A DNA stretch of 64,000 nucleotides from Stylophora pistillata. Lineage: Eukaryota. Below, one piece after another: positions 58,001 to 63,895 of this stretch. A program made the translations under genes and the position numbers. The notes under the pieces are model-generated. The model searched no databases. It was given only the letters and a program-made list of their open reading frames with translations, and was not told where the DNA came from. How positions within the stretch are numbered: position 1 is the first letter of the stretch; each line of letters begins with the position of its first letter. The stretch spans positions 97,958 to 161,957 of the forward strand of contig NW_019217902.1 in the NCBI RefSeq assembly GCF_002571385.2, read 5' to 3'.

Positions 58001-61000
58001 CAGGACCTGTCCAACTTCTCCACGAATAATAACCACAGACACATGCTTCATAATTTTGTGTTAAAACTTGACGTTTTTTTTCTATCTGTGAAGTTATTGG
58101 TTCTTCTTTCGCACAATCAAGTCCTCTTGCGTACACTTAAAGGAATAGATGAAATCTTCTTGAGTGCAAACTGAAATTAGCTGAATCACTTCGATGTTTT
58201 TACAAGTAGTTTTTTTCAGATTTGAATTACCAAACATTTCCCTGACTTCTCTCGATTTCATGACGAAAATTGACTTTTGAATAACACGACATGAGTATTT
58301 CTTGTATTCTCTCTCAGATAAAAACGTATTTTGACTCCATCTCACGTCCTTCTGGCGAACCCGACCTCGAGCGAGCTTTATCAGAAGCCAGGAAATTATT
58401 CGACCAGGCTTCGCCCCGCCCGAATGCCAAGAAGGTGTTAGTGGTCATCATGGACAAGAAATCTTCTAATAATTATGAGAAGATTGAAGTCGCCCTCAAG
58501 CCTCTTAAGGAAGATGACATCAAAGTTGTGCCGGTTGCCGTCGGTACTGATGCCAGTTTAAATGAACTGAAGAACATTACGTCCGCTGAGGGATATGTGG
58601 TGACAGCAGAGAAGACCACAGATCCTGTGAAGCTTGCAGAGAAGATCATGACCAAAGTGACCATGGGTAAATGATTATTAATCACGTGCAATGTGAATGG
58701 CATGGAATCCAAGATATGACGTACTCTACCACTTCCTATCTCTTCACTTTAGGAAAAATATCTTCAAATTCACCTTTTTTCTTGAATAGGAAAAACCTCG
58801 AATTTGTAAAAGTTCTCCTGGCTAGCTAGTTTTACTTTTATAACAATTATAACACACTTCTTTGCATCATTTGGGATAAAGTTACAAACCACAGTTAATT
58901 TTGCTGCGTGAACAAGGAGCCGATTCTTCCTAACTACTGTTAAAACGTGGCCTTCTCTCCCAAGCCTCACGTGGCCTTCTCTCCCAAGCCTCACGTGGCC
59001 TTCTCTCCCAAGCCTCAACATAATCGAGGCTGATGTGGATGGAAGACTAAGAAACGTGCAACCTGATGTGTAGGGGGAAGGGAGTTGGTGGGTGAGTAGG
59101 ACGAGATCGCGAATGACCTTGCTGAGGCTTCTGGGCCCATCTTGCTTCATCTCACAAAGTGGATGCGTTAACAGCAGAAAAGTGTGAACCATCAATGCAC
59201 TACGTCTATCCGTTTACAAAACTAACAAAAGATGTTTCTTTTTTTTTTCTTAGAAATATTGGACGTACCTGAGACTGACATTATTTTTGCAATCAGCGCC
59301 ACTGCACAGGTGGATTACATAGAAAACTTCCGTCAGATGAAAGAGATCATCATTGCCATGATTGACAAGTACGGCAGAGGAGACCTTAAGTACTCGGTCA
59401 TAGTCTACGGAGATATACCGCGGCCCGAACTTCGCTTAAGCAACATCTTTGACTCGGACGAAAACTTAATGAGTTTTATCCGTTTAATTCGTAATAGTCG
59501 TGGAGCATCACTTTCTAAAGCCCTAACACTCTCGAACCAGGTAGAGTAGAGAAGACATTATATTTTTATGTGACTTGTTTGCCTTTTAGTCAAACAATGA
59601 AAGTTAGTACACTACAATCAAACTAGAAAGAGCAATTTTTGGTTGAGTTTCGTAAGTAGTTTGCCATTGTCTGGGTTTGCGACTGGCCTAGGAAACTTGC
59701 GTTACCCTAACATTTTGTCGGACACAATTTACAGCCGTTCTGAGTTTGCGCAGGAGATTCTGTTGAATTACGTGTCGCAAAGCATCACGGGGCTGTTTTG
59801 GTACTGCAATTATATCCTTTCTCATTGGCTCGCTGTATTTCAATCTTGGTTTTGATTTGTTGGGGTGATTAGTTTTGGTTTGGTCTTAAAAAATTTACAA
59901 AGAATCTATCTGTTGAGGGTAACGTCAGATTATGTAAATTCCGTGAAAACGGTCAGAAATGTCACTGAACCACCCTAAGATTGGAAGTTTTCGATCTTTG
60001 AAGGGTGAGTATGGGACTTTGAAAGGGACCTAGAAAATATAAGATTAAATTATTTGGAGCCCAGATCGGTTTTTTTGTATTTTGGTTTCTTCTATCGAGT
60101 CTTTCGCGATGAATCATTGTAGCTGAAAGTCTGTCACACAGTAACTTATTTTGTTCCTCTCTGAAGGAGTTCGTTTCATTGGGACGTTCAAACGCCAGAA
60201 AGATTTTGGTTGTAATCACAGACAAGAGATCCACGAGTGATATCAGTGACGTCAGTAAAGAAGCCAGAATCCTGGAGCAGGAAGACGTCAGAGTTATACC
60301 AGTGGCACTTGGAAACGAGGCCAACGAAAACGAGTTGCAGAAGATCACGCCGTGGTTGGATGATTTAATAGAGACTGATAAGGATAGCAATCCATACAAG
60401 GTGGCAAAGGTGATTCTGAAGATTGGGTTGAAAGGTTGGTGGAATGTCATTTTTACATTCGGTGATTTGCATCCGGAGTAACGGTCTGACGTGCAGGTTC
60501 TCATAAATTGTAGCAAATAACGTAATTTTACCATCGATTTATACCACAAATGACATTTCTGGTGAGAAAAAAACTGTTATTAGACGGTGAACTTGATAGT
60601 AATGCGTCAGAGCTATCACCTGCATCCGTTGCAACGACCAGGCGCAACAAAAATCGATCGCATCTGTTTATCTTTTTGTTAATCAACGTTCGTAAGACAT
60701 TTGTTTCTTGTTGAGCAATGTTAAATGTACAGACGTCAGGTTGTGGAGTGTTAACCCCTCGACCCCTAAGAGTGACCAGCATCTAAATTCTCCTTACAGT
60801 ATCACCCCTGAGTCACACATTATATTTTCCTTGTCAACGCGTTAGGAAATGTTTAGAGAACAGTATGGAGAATATGCTTACTGATGTTAGGTGGAGAAGG
60901 GTTAAATTAACATTTAATGATCTCCCCAATTCATAAGAAGTCCAATGTTTGTGGAATGTTTGTAGAAAACTCATTTTATTTCACATTTTGTAGTTATCAA

Positions 61001-63895
61001 TCAACTTTCGTGCTTCGTTTCGAGCTCTTACTGTTTTCTTTTATCTGCAGACAAGCCAAAACTTCCAGAATTGGATCTAGCCTTCGCTATTAGCGCTACA
61101 GCTCTAAAAGCCGGTGACAACCTCAAGAAAACGAACGAAATAATCAAGGATATTGTCAGCAAGTATGGAATCAATAAAATGCACTACAGTCTGGGTACAT
61201 TTGGAAGCACACTGAACGTCATTATCAAGTTCAGCCGACACGTAAACAGCAATGCTCAGTTCATGGGCCTGGTGGACACTGTCCGCGAAGTTCCAGGAAG
61301 CTCTGACTTGGCTAAAGCTCTGGAAGAGTCCCCAGCCATGTTCACAGAGGAGAATGGAGGGCGACCGAATGCCAAAAAGATTTTAGTCGTGATTATTGAT
61401 AACAAGTCAGACAGTTCTAGTGATGACACTGAAGATGCCGCGGCTGTGGCGAGGGAAGCTGGCATCCGAGTGATCCCAGTTGGGCTTGATAGAGCGGACA
61501 AAGGGGAGCTGGAGAAGACGACAGCTGTAGAGGAGGATGTGCTAACACCATCAGACAGCGACTCGGCTCAAAACATTGCGAAGGATATTATAAGAAGGGC
61601 ACTGAATGGTAAGAAAACCGTGTGATCTCTGTTGACGGAGTGCCACGTGTAAGGTTGTAGTGGGAATCCAGTTACTTAGAGTCCAAGTTCATTGTTATAT
61701 TTTTCTTATCTTTCAGAGACAGCATCGGTTCCTCTTTTAGATTTGGGCTTTGCAATCAGCGCTTCAGCCCAGGATGCAGAAAAAACGTTTACTCTGATGA
61801 AAGAAGCCATAGACTCCATCGCTACACGTTACGAGGCCAGCAAAATACGCTATGCTCTACTCACCTTCGGCAGCACAGTCAATAAAGAGGTGAGTTTCAC
61901 TAAAGATTCGCCCAACCCAGAAGAACTACGAAAGGCTTTAGAAGGGGCCAGTAACCTGAGTGGTGCACCAGACTTGAAGAAGGCTCTCGAGGAGGCAAAG
62001 ATGATGTTTAAACAGGCTACCCCTCGACCCGGAGCTAAGAAGGTTCTCATAGTAATAATGGATAAAAAGTCAGCCAGTGATTCCGGTGATGTCAAGAAGG
62101 CAGCTAAGCTGTTAGAAGATGTGAATGTCAAAGTGGTCCCTGTTGCAGTGGGTTCCGAAGTCAGTCTATCTGAACTTGAAAAAACAACAACTAATAAGAA
62201 ATTCATCGTCATTGCTGGAAAAGATGAAGATCCAGAGAGACTTGGAGAAGAAATAATCAGAAAAGCTATAAAGAGTGAGTGTTTTGTTGGCCTAAACGCG
62301 TGTTACTTGGCTAAGGCTTCTATGTTGTATGCGTCTTCTCTTGCTAATATTTAGAATTACTGACTGATGTTTCCTAGCTGTAGTAGCTGTTGGGATTGTT
62401 TATGCGCTTGAGTCTTTGTTGCGACCTGTTGACAACCCCAGGATGAATTCTATTGTACGTAAAACTTAAACTAATCTTTAAAAGTGTTGTCACTATCTAC
62501 GTATAAAGTGGAACACATTGAAAGTATCTTTCCGGGTGAATATTAAAACGGAAGCCATCTTTGATTTCTAACAGATCTTCCAGCGGTCCCGATGGTTAAC
62601 CTGATCTTCGCGATCAGCGGTCTCTCCTCTAATGCAAACGAGAAGTTCCAAAAGATGAAAGACCTCATCAAAACGATGGTGGATGAATATGGCAAGGAAA
62701 GGATTCACTACAGTCTAATTGTGTTTGGAAACGAACCTTCAGTTGAGCTGAGATTCTCCAGGACCTTCGATAGTGATGCTGAACTTAAAGCACATCTTGA
62801 TCTTAAGGCTAGAGCCACGGACGGAGCTGCTTTGGATAAGGCCCTGAAGAAAGCTGCTGAGTTGTTTGGGGAATATGACCGGGAGGGCGCTAAGAACGTA
62901 CTGGTGGTGATAAAGGACAAGAGGTCTACCAGTAACAGGAAGGACGTGCAGAGCATGGCTATTCCATTGTGGGAGGGCGACGTCGAGGTGATTCCAATTG
63001 CGTTTGGTAGTCAGGCTGATAAGGGGGAGCTGGAGTTGATTACGCTTCACAAGGAAAACTTGATATTAGCATATATAACGAACAAGACGGTGAACGTTGC
63101 TCAGAGAATCATGGACAAAATGATGAAAGGTAAAGTAACGACATCAAAGCGGTTGATTTGTCATCTTAGGAAAATGCAATAATGTTACTGTTAATGAAAA
63201 TCACGTTAGTAGCTGCTGATGAGTTTAATCAGCTTTGATACATCAGGGTTGCTGCCAGAAGAGGCGTTTTCTTTGGAGTCAAACCTCTCGCGGCTTTGTC
63301 CCTCAACTCAAAGGTTTTTGTTTTAATTCAAAGCGCTAAAAATCCGCCAGCTAAGTAGAGTAAACTCAGGGCCACACCCCTCACTGCAAATCAGCCGTTA
63401 AAATCCGCAACTTCGTCTTCCAACAGCTAGACACATTTTTCCCTTTTTTACTGCACACATTGATTGACGCTATTATTTGGTGTTTTCTTAGCTATTCCGA
63501 TGGTAGACTTGGCCTTTGCCATCAGTTCCAATGCCGCTGGAAAAGAGGAAACGTTTCAGAAAATCAAAGACGCCATTGACTTTATCATCACCTACTACGG
63601 CAACGATCGCATTCGTTATGCAGTCGTCACATTCGGTTTATCCTCCTACGAGGACGTCGAGTTCCAAGATGGTCGGACTATGGATGAACTCAAACAATTA
63701 ATCGAGCGTCTTCCTCGTGCTATTGGTGTACCAAATCTGAAAGAGGCGCTGGAGACAGCAAAAGGAGTGTTTGATCAGGCATTAGACAGACCAAGGGCCA
63801 AAAAGTTCTTGGTGGTGGTCATGGACTCCAATTCAGGTAACCAGCCAGGAGAGATCCAACAAGCTTCAGAAGCTATAGAAGAGGATGAAATCAAG
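462..63895 (+). CDS. Giant tandem-VWA protein gene, partial: 60 exons, 49 VWA domains + 1 follistatin/Kazal domain. Domains resemble collagen VI/matrilin VWAs; no collagen triple helix, start or terminal stop in the window
   Basis: Successive + strand ORFs repeat the VWA pattern DLxFAIS...YG...I(R/H)Y(S/G)xIxFG...L(D/E)xAL...RPxAxKVLVVxxD...IxVIPVxxG. Each is bounded by polypyrimidine-AG and GT sites with compatible phases at all 59 junctions. Confidence 0.9.
1066..1546. mobile_element. Degenerate MITE with imperfect TIRs
   Basis: tgccgttaactgtcgcgtataagcc versus reverse complement of the end (taccatagactgccccttacaagcc); internal (t)aagccc sub-repeats. Confidence 0.4.
1617..1829 (+). CDS. 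Exon 2: follistatin (FOLN+Kazal) domain
   Basis: ctgtag|ATCC...GGAG|gtgaga, phase 1-1; DPCENKVCQHYAQCVSYADGRTQCACDEKCAKIEDPVCGTDGQDYANECVLKATACRQSKAVAVADKRPCG has 10 Cys and the PVCGTDG-x-x-Y-x-NEC Kazal motif; not in the ORF track. Confidence 0.92.
2384..2793 (+). CDS. Exon 3: VWA domain 2, N part (intact MIDAS DSSRS..T..D)
   Basis: tttag|CCTGT, AAG|gtctgc (phase 1-0); ACVHAMDIGVVLDSSRSVG...GRTRTDKA...VITDG. Confidence 0.9.
2867..3146. mobile_element. Dispersed ~280-bp non-autonomous element; related copies near 17875-18118, 22059-22337, 28756-29025, 59628-59890
   Basis: Shared motifs (agagc..tttcaa, tgtgattgg, ccaatcaga, ttcccgcgc, ctcattggctc) recur in both orientations. Confidence 0.55.
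3523..3877 (+). mobile_element. ~355-bp TIR element, copy 1
   Basis: cagagctgaat...attcagctctg inverted ends; near-identical to 13482-13835. Confidence 0.8.
3893..4104 (+). mobile_element. TTAA-flanked ~210-bp MITE (piggyBac-type ends)
   Basis: ttaactcttt...aaagagttag; same family as 13061-13271 and 60751-60905. Confidence 0.75.
4142..4301 (+). CDS. Exon 4: VWA domain 2, C part
   Basis: tgtag|ACCAAA, CAAG|gtatgg (phase 0-1); TKGVQVMAVGVG...ENLCQ. Confidence 0.88.
5275..5817 (+). CDS. Exon 5: VWA domain 3
   Basis: ttag|GCATT, AAAG|gtgagc, phase 1-1. Confidence 0.88.
6340..6897 (+). CDS. Exon 6: VWA domain 4
   Basis: tcag|AAATG, AAAG|gtaatg, phase 1-1. Confidence 0.88.
7043..7690. repeat. 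Compound microsatellite: (TCTG/TCTA)n, then inverted (GACA/GATA)n with a higher-order unit
   Basis: tctgtctg tract 7043-7175; gcagatagataagcagacagacagacag units 7235-7580. Confidence 0.9.
7883..8202 (+). CDS. Exon 7: VWA domain 5, N part
   Basis: caaag|AAATC, AAG|gtagaa, phase 1-0; ends ARK. Confidence 0.85.
8769..9000 (+). CDS. Exon 8: VWA domain 5, C part
   Basis: tcag|GTCCTG, ACAG|gtaaca, phase 0-1; starts VLVVITD. Confidence 0.87.
9607..10158 (+). CDS. Exon 9: VWA domain 6
   Basis: ttag|TTCAA, CGAG|gtagaa, phase 1-1. Confidence 0.87.
10395..10525. repeat. Polypyrimidine low-complexity tract
   Basis: Almost pure C/T run. Confidence 0.7.
10934..11182 (+). CDS. Exon 10: VWA domain 7, N part
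   Basis: acag|ATGGG, ACAG|gtgaca, phase 1-1. Confidence 0.85.
11577..11885 (+). CDS. Exon 11: VWA domain 7, C part
   Basis: tcag|GGCCT, AAAG|gtatgc, phase 1-1; GPDLQKAL... Confidence 0.85.
12360..12560 (-). mobile_element. SINE fragment (same family as 32170-32450)
   Basis: Reverse complement matches gtgcctctctccac...aattgtcagggaagcctgatgaaatgctgggg...gagtacagactt. Confidence 0.7.
12689..13011 (+). CDS. Exon 12: VWA domain 8, N part
   Basis: ttcag|TACGC, AAG|gtaaca, phase 1-0; ends NAMK. Confidence 0.87.
13061..13271 (+). mobile_element. TTAA-flanked ~210-bp MITE
   Basis: ttaacccttt...cagtatggagaatatgcat...gaggattaa. Confidence 0.75.
13482..13835 (+). mobile_element. ~355-bp TIR element, copy 2
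   Basis: cagagctgaataa...ttattcagctctg; colinear with 3523-3877. Confidence 0.8.
14060..14291 (+). CDS. Exon 13: VWA domain 8, C part
   Basis: ttag|GTTGTG, GAGC|gtgagg, phase 0-1. Confidence 0.85.
14497..14745 (+). CDS. Exon 14: VWA domain 9, N part
   Basis: ttag|CTGTG, AAAG|gtaata, phase 1-1. Confidence 0.85.
15264..15440 (+). mobile_element. Degenerate tRNA-derived SINE (family of 56480-56785)
   Basis: B-box cccgggttcgagttcc followed by aactggttgtcccctgccagttgggatt. Confidence 0.6.
15612..15929 (+). CDS. Exon 15: VWA domain 9, C part
   Basis: gcag|GCGTT, ACAG|gttagt, phase 1-1. Confidence 0.85.
16606..17163 (+). CDS. Exon 16: VWA domain 10
   Basis: atag|ATCCC, AGAT|gtaagt, phase 1-1. 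Confidence 0.87.
18161..18709 (+). CDS. Exon 17: VWA domain 11
   Basis: gcag|GCAAG, CTTG|gtatga, phase 1-1. Confidence 0.87.
19607..20167 (+). CDS. Exon 18: VWA domain 12
   Basis: ttag|AATCA, CCAG|gtttgg, phase 1-1. Confidence 0.86.
20477..21031 (+). CDS. Exon 19: VWA domain 13
   Basis: ttag|GTTTG, AAAG|gtattt, phase 1-1. Confidence 0.87.
21396..21917 (+). CDS. Exon 20: VWA domain 14 (short, C-terminal in-frame deletion)
   Basis: ttag|AACGT, GATG|gtaagt, phase 1-1; 522 nt. Confidence 0.86.
22368..22925 (+). CDS. Exon 21: VWA domain 15
   Basis: ccag|TTGTG, ACAA|gtaagt, phase 1-1. Confidence 0.88.
23120..23630. repeat. (CCGT/CCCT)n microsatellite flanked by (TCTG)n-rich units
   Basis: ccgtccgtccgtccctccgtccgt... 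over ~500 bp. Confidence 0.95.
23837..24388 (+). CDS. Exon 22: VWA domain 16
   Basis: ttag|ATCGT, ATAA|gtaagt, phase 1-1. Confidence 0.86.
24467..24678. mobile_element. Palindromic MITE
   Basis: gcatgcagtagcgaaaatggcagatttgacgaattttcgtca pairs with tgacgaaatttcgttaaatctgccgttttcgttactgcgtgc. Confidence 0.75.
24833..25161 (+). CDS. Exon 23: VWA domain 17, N part
   Basis: ttag|ATGGA, AAG|gtaaaa, phase 1-0; ends NAAK. Confidence 0.86.
25506..25734 (+). CDS. Exon 24: VWA domain 17, C part
   Basis: gtag|GTGTTA, AAGG|gtaagt, phase 0-1. Confidence 0.87.
26115..26330. mobile_element. Hairpin MITE with ~80-bp TIRs
   Basis: cttttacagttgtgggcttggtggccaagcctttgaacaggagtgaggctaagggtgacc pairs with ggtcacccttagcctcactcctgttcaaaggtttggccaccaagcctacaactgtaaaa; TA at both ends. 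Confidence 0.85.
26359..26570. mobile_element. TTAA-type MITE, related subfamily
   Basis: ttaacccattcaatccca...tgggaattaaaaggttta imperfect TIRs, ~210 bp. Confidence 0.55.
26722..27273 (+). CDS. Exon 25: VWA domain 18
   Basis: acag|GTAAA, AGAG|gtgggt, phase 1-1. Confidence 0.86.
28165..28731 (+). CDS. Exon 26: VWA domain 19
   Basis: aaag|TTTCA, ACAG|gtatgt, phase 1-1. Confidence 0.86.
29550..30101 (+). CDS. Exon 27: VWA domain 20
   Basis: branch-point-like gactaac upstream, tcag|AACCA, ACAG|gtataa, phase 1-1. Confidence 0.87.
30790..31344 (+). CDS. Exon 28: VWA domain 21
   Basis: tcag|ACCCA, CAAA|gtaagt, phase 1-1. Confidence 0.88.
31494..32145. other. Assembly gap (652 N) inside an intron
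   Basis: Run of N. Confidence 1.
32170..32450 (+). mobile_element. SINE-like element with degenerate tRNA-like head; short 5' relic also at ~18780-18850
   Basis: cattgtgttgtgttcttgggcaaaacattttactc...aattgtcagggaagcctgatgaaaatgctggggg...gagtacagacttt. Confidence 0.65.
32521..33072 (+). CDS. Exon 29: VWA domain 22
   Basis: ttag|TTATC, GAGG|gtaagt, phase 1-1. Confidence 0.88.
33400..33948 (+). CDS. Exon 30: VWA domain 23
   Basis: ccag|AAAAA, AGAA|gtaagt, phase 1-1. Confidence 0.88.
34860..35420 (+). CDS. Exon 31: VWA domain 24
   Basis: ttag|AGAGA, CAAC|gtacgt, phase 1-1. Confidence 0.86.
36128..36691 (+). pseudogene. Exon 32: VWA domain 25 with in-frame TAG at 36397-36399 (pseudo-exon, null allele or base error)
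   Basis: acag|TTCCA, GAAA|gtaagt intact; reads ...GGTPDLD*TLEYAKNA..., where sibling domains have PDLDKAL; frame continues normally. Confidence 0.8.
37073..37636 (+). CDS. Exon 33: VWA domain 26
   Basis: acag|ATCTG, AAAG|gtaagt, phase 1-1. Confidence 0.88.
38359..38910 (+). CDS. Exon 34: VWA domain 27 (divergent)
   Basis: tcag|AGGAG, GAAG|gtatct, phase 1-1. Confidence 0.84.
39211..39774 (+). CDS. Exon 35: VWA domain 28
   Basis: ttag|GTCTG, GGCG|gtaagt, phase 1-1. Confidence 0.88.
40123..40338. mobile_element. Degenerate MITE
   Basis: gggccagttgttcgaa...ttgaacaacccgacc imperfect inverted ends. Confidence 0.45.
40513..41061 (+). CDS. Exon 36: VWA domain 29
   Basis: acag|TTGCG, AAAG|gtaaaa, phase 1-1. 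Confidence 0.87.
41280..41635 (+). CDS. Exon 37: VWA domain 30, N part
   Basis: atag|AACCA, CAG|gtacat, phase 1-0. Confidence 0.84.
42069..42255 (+). CDS. Exon 38: VWA domain 30, C part
   Basis: ttag|GCTAGA, AAAA|gtacgt, phase 0-1; ARARRLVDQGVTVIPV... Confidence 0.82.
42551..43099 (+). CDS. Exon 39: VWA domain 31
   Basis: acag|GACCT, AAAG|gtaaga, phase 1-1. Confidence 0.88.
43277..43716. mobile_element. Tc1/mariner-superfamily (pogo/Tigger-like) MITE, 440 bp
   Basis: Perfect 29-bp TIR cagtaaacacccgcatataagaacacatg with TA target-site duplication on both sides. Confidence 0.92.
44324..44875 (+). CDS. Exon 40: VWA domain 32
   Basis: tcag|ATACT, CAAG|gtgggt, phase 1-1. Confidence 0.88.
45350..45904 (+). 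CDS. Exon 41: VWA domain 33
   Basis: gtag|AACTG, GAAG|gtaact, phase 1-1. Confidence 0.88.
46141..46701 (+). pseudogene. Exon 42: VWA domain 34 with in-frame TAA at 46257-46259 (pseudo-exon, null allele or base error)
   Basis: ccag|ATGTC, AATG|gtaaga intact; reads ...DEIINS*SPFATRYSVIKFG..., with the stop at the conserved Tyr; frame continues. Confidence 0.8.
47042..47599 (+). CDS. Exon 43: VWA domain 35
   Basis: acag|ATTCT, GAGG|gtgaga, phase 1-1. Confidence 0.88.
47640..48050. repeat. CT-rich low-complexity intron tract
   Basis: ~400 bp strongly pyrimidine-biased. Confidence 0.8.
48081..48635 (+). CDS. Exon 44: VWA domain 36
   Basis: caag|TAG|AT tandem acceptor (48081 or 48084), ACAG|gtactc, phase 1-1. 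Confidence 0.85.
49264..49488 (+). CDS. Exon 45: VWA domain 37, N part
   Basis: ttag|ATGTT, ATCA|gtatgt, phase 1-1. Confidence 0.85.
49930..50265 (+). CDS. Exon 46: VWA domain 37, C part
   Basis: gcag|AATCC, AAAG|gtaagt, phase 1-1. Confidence 0.85.
50922..51479 (+). CDS. Exon 47: VWA domain 38
   Basis: atag|ATTAT, GAAG|gtgggt, phase 1-1. Confidence 0.87.
51812..52366 (+). CDS. Exon 48: VWA domain 39
   Basis: tcag|CCATC, GAAG|gtcagt, phase 1-1. Confidence 0.88.
52503..53063 (+). CDS. Exon 49: VWA domain 40
   Basis: gcag|ATTTC, AACG|gttagt, phase 1-1. Confidence 0.88.
53358..53918 (+). CDS. Exon 50: VWA domain 41
   Basis: ttag|ATGAA, AAAG|gtattt, phase 1-1. Confidence 0.88.
54605..55153 (+). 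CDS. Exon 51: VWA domain 42
   Basis: gaag|ATTTG (weaker acceptor), GACA|gtgagt, phase 1-1. Confidence 0.84.
55740..56297 (+). CDS. Exon 52: VWA domain 43
   Basis: ctag|GTGAG, AACA|gtaagt, phase 1-1. Confidence 0.88.
56480..56785 (-). mobile_element. Full-length tRNA-derived SINE with (ATT)n tail
   Basis: Minus strand: ggaggcaacgcggccgagtggtcagcg (A-box-like)...cccgggttcgagtccc (B-box), ~200-bp body, then (att)n tail seen as (aat)n at 56480-56510. Confidence 0.8.
57218..57426 (+). CDS. Exon 53: VWA domain 44, N part
   Basis: gcag|AAACT, ACG|gtacag, phase 1-0. Confidence 0.82.
58318..58666 (+). CDS. Exon 54: VWA domain 44, C part
   Basis: tcag|ATAAAA, ATGG|gtaaat, phase 0-1. Confidence 0.85.
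58945..59016. repeat. Perfect 24-bp tandem repeat x3
   Basis: acgtggccttctctcccaagcctc three times with no spacers. Confidence 0.95.
59254..59540 (+). CDS. Exon 55: VWA domain 45, N part
   Basis: ttag|AAATA, CAG|gtagag, phase 1-0. Confidence 0.86.
60167..60434 (+). CDS. Exon 56: VWA domain 45, C part
   Basis: gaag|GAGTTC, AAAG|gttggt, phase 0-1. Confidence 0.83.
60751..60905 (+). mobile_element. TTAA-flanked MITE, internally deleted copy
   Basis: ttaacccct...gaacagtatggagaatatgc...aagggttaa. Confidence 0.75.
61051..61608 (+). CDS. Exon 57: VWA domain 46
   Basis: gcag|ACAAG, AATG|gtaaga, phase 1-1. Confidence 0.88.
61717..62274 (+). CDS. Exon 58: VWA domain 47
   Basis: tcag|AGACA, AAGA|gtgagt, phase 1-1. 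Confidence 0.88.
62575..63129 (+). CDS. Exon 59: VWA domain 48
   Basis: acag|ATCTT, AAAG|gtaaag, phase 1-1. Confidence 0.88.
63492..63895 (+). CDS. Exon 60: VWA domain 49, N part (continues beyond window)
   Basis: ttag|CTATT, AAG|gtgggt, phase 1-0. Confidence 0.84.

Noticed and set aside
58945-59016. CRISPR-like repeats
   Set aside because: No spacers, eukaryotic intron, no cas genes.
42551-59540. RGD tripeptides in VWA31, VWA43 and VWA45
   Set aside because: Three in ~9,000 aa is about chance level, and they are at non-equivalent positions.
763-63050. Many minus-strand ORFs of 60-200 aa overlapping the exons
   Set aside because: Antisense shadows of the VWA exons; Ser/Leu/Thr-rich with no domain signature or independent exon structure.
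462-63895. Gene symbol COL6A3/COL6A6/MATN/VWF
   Set aside because: No Gly-X-Y, EGF or VWD domains, and far too many VWA domains; only domain-level similarity is supportable.
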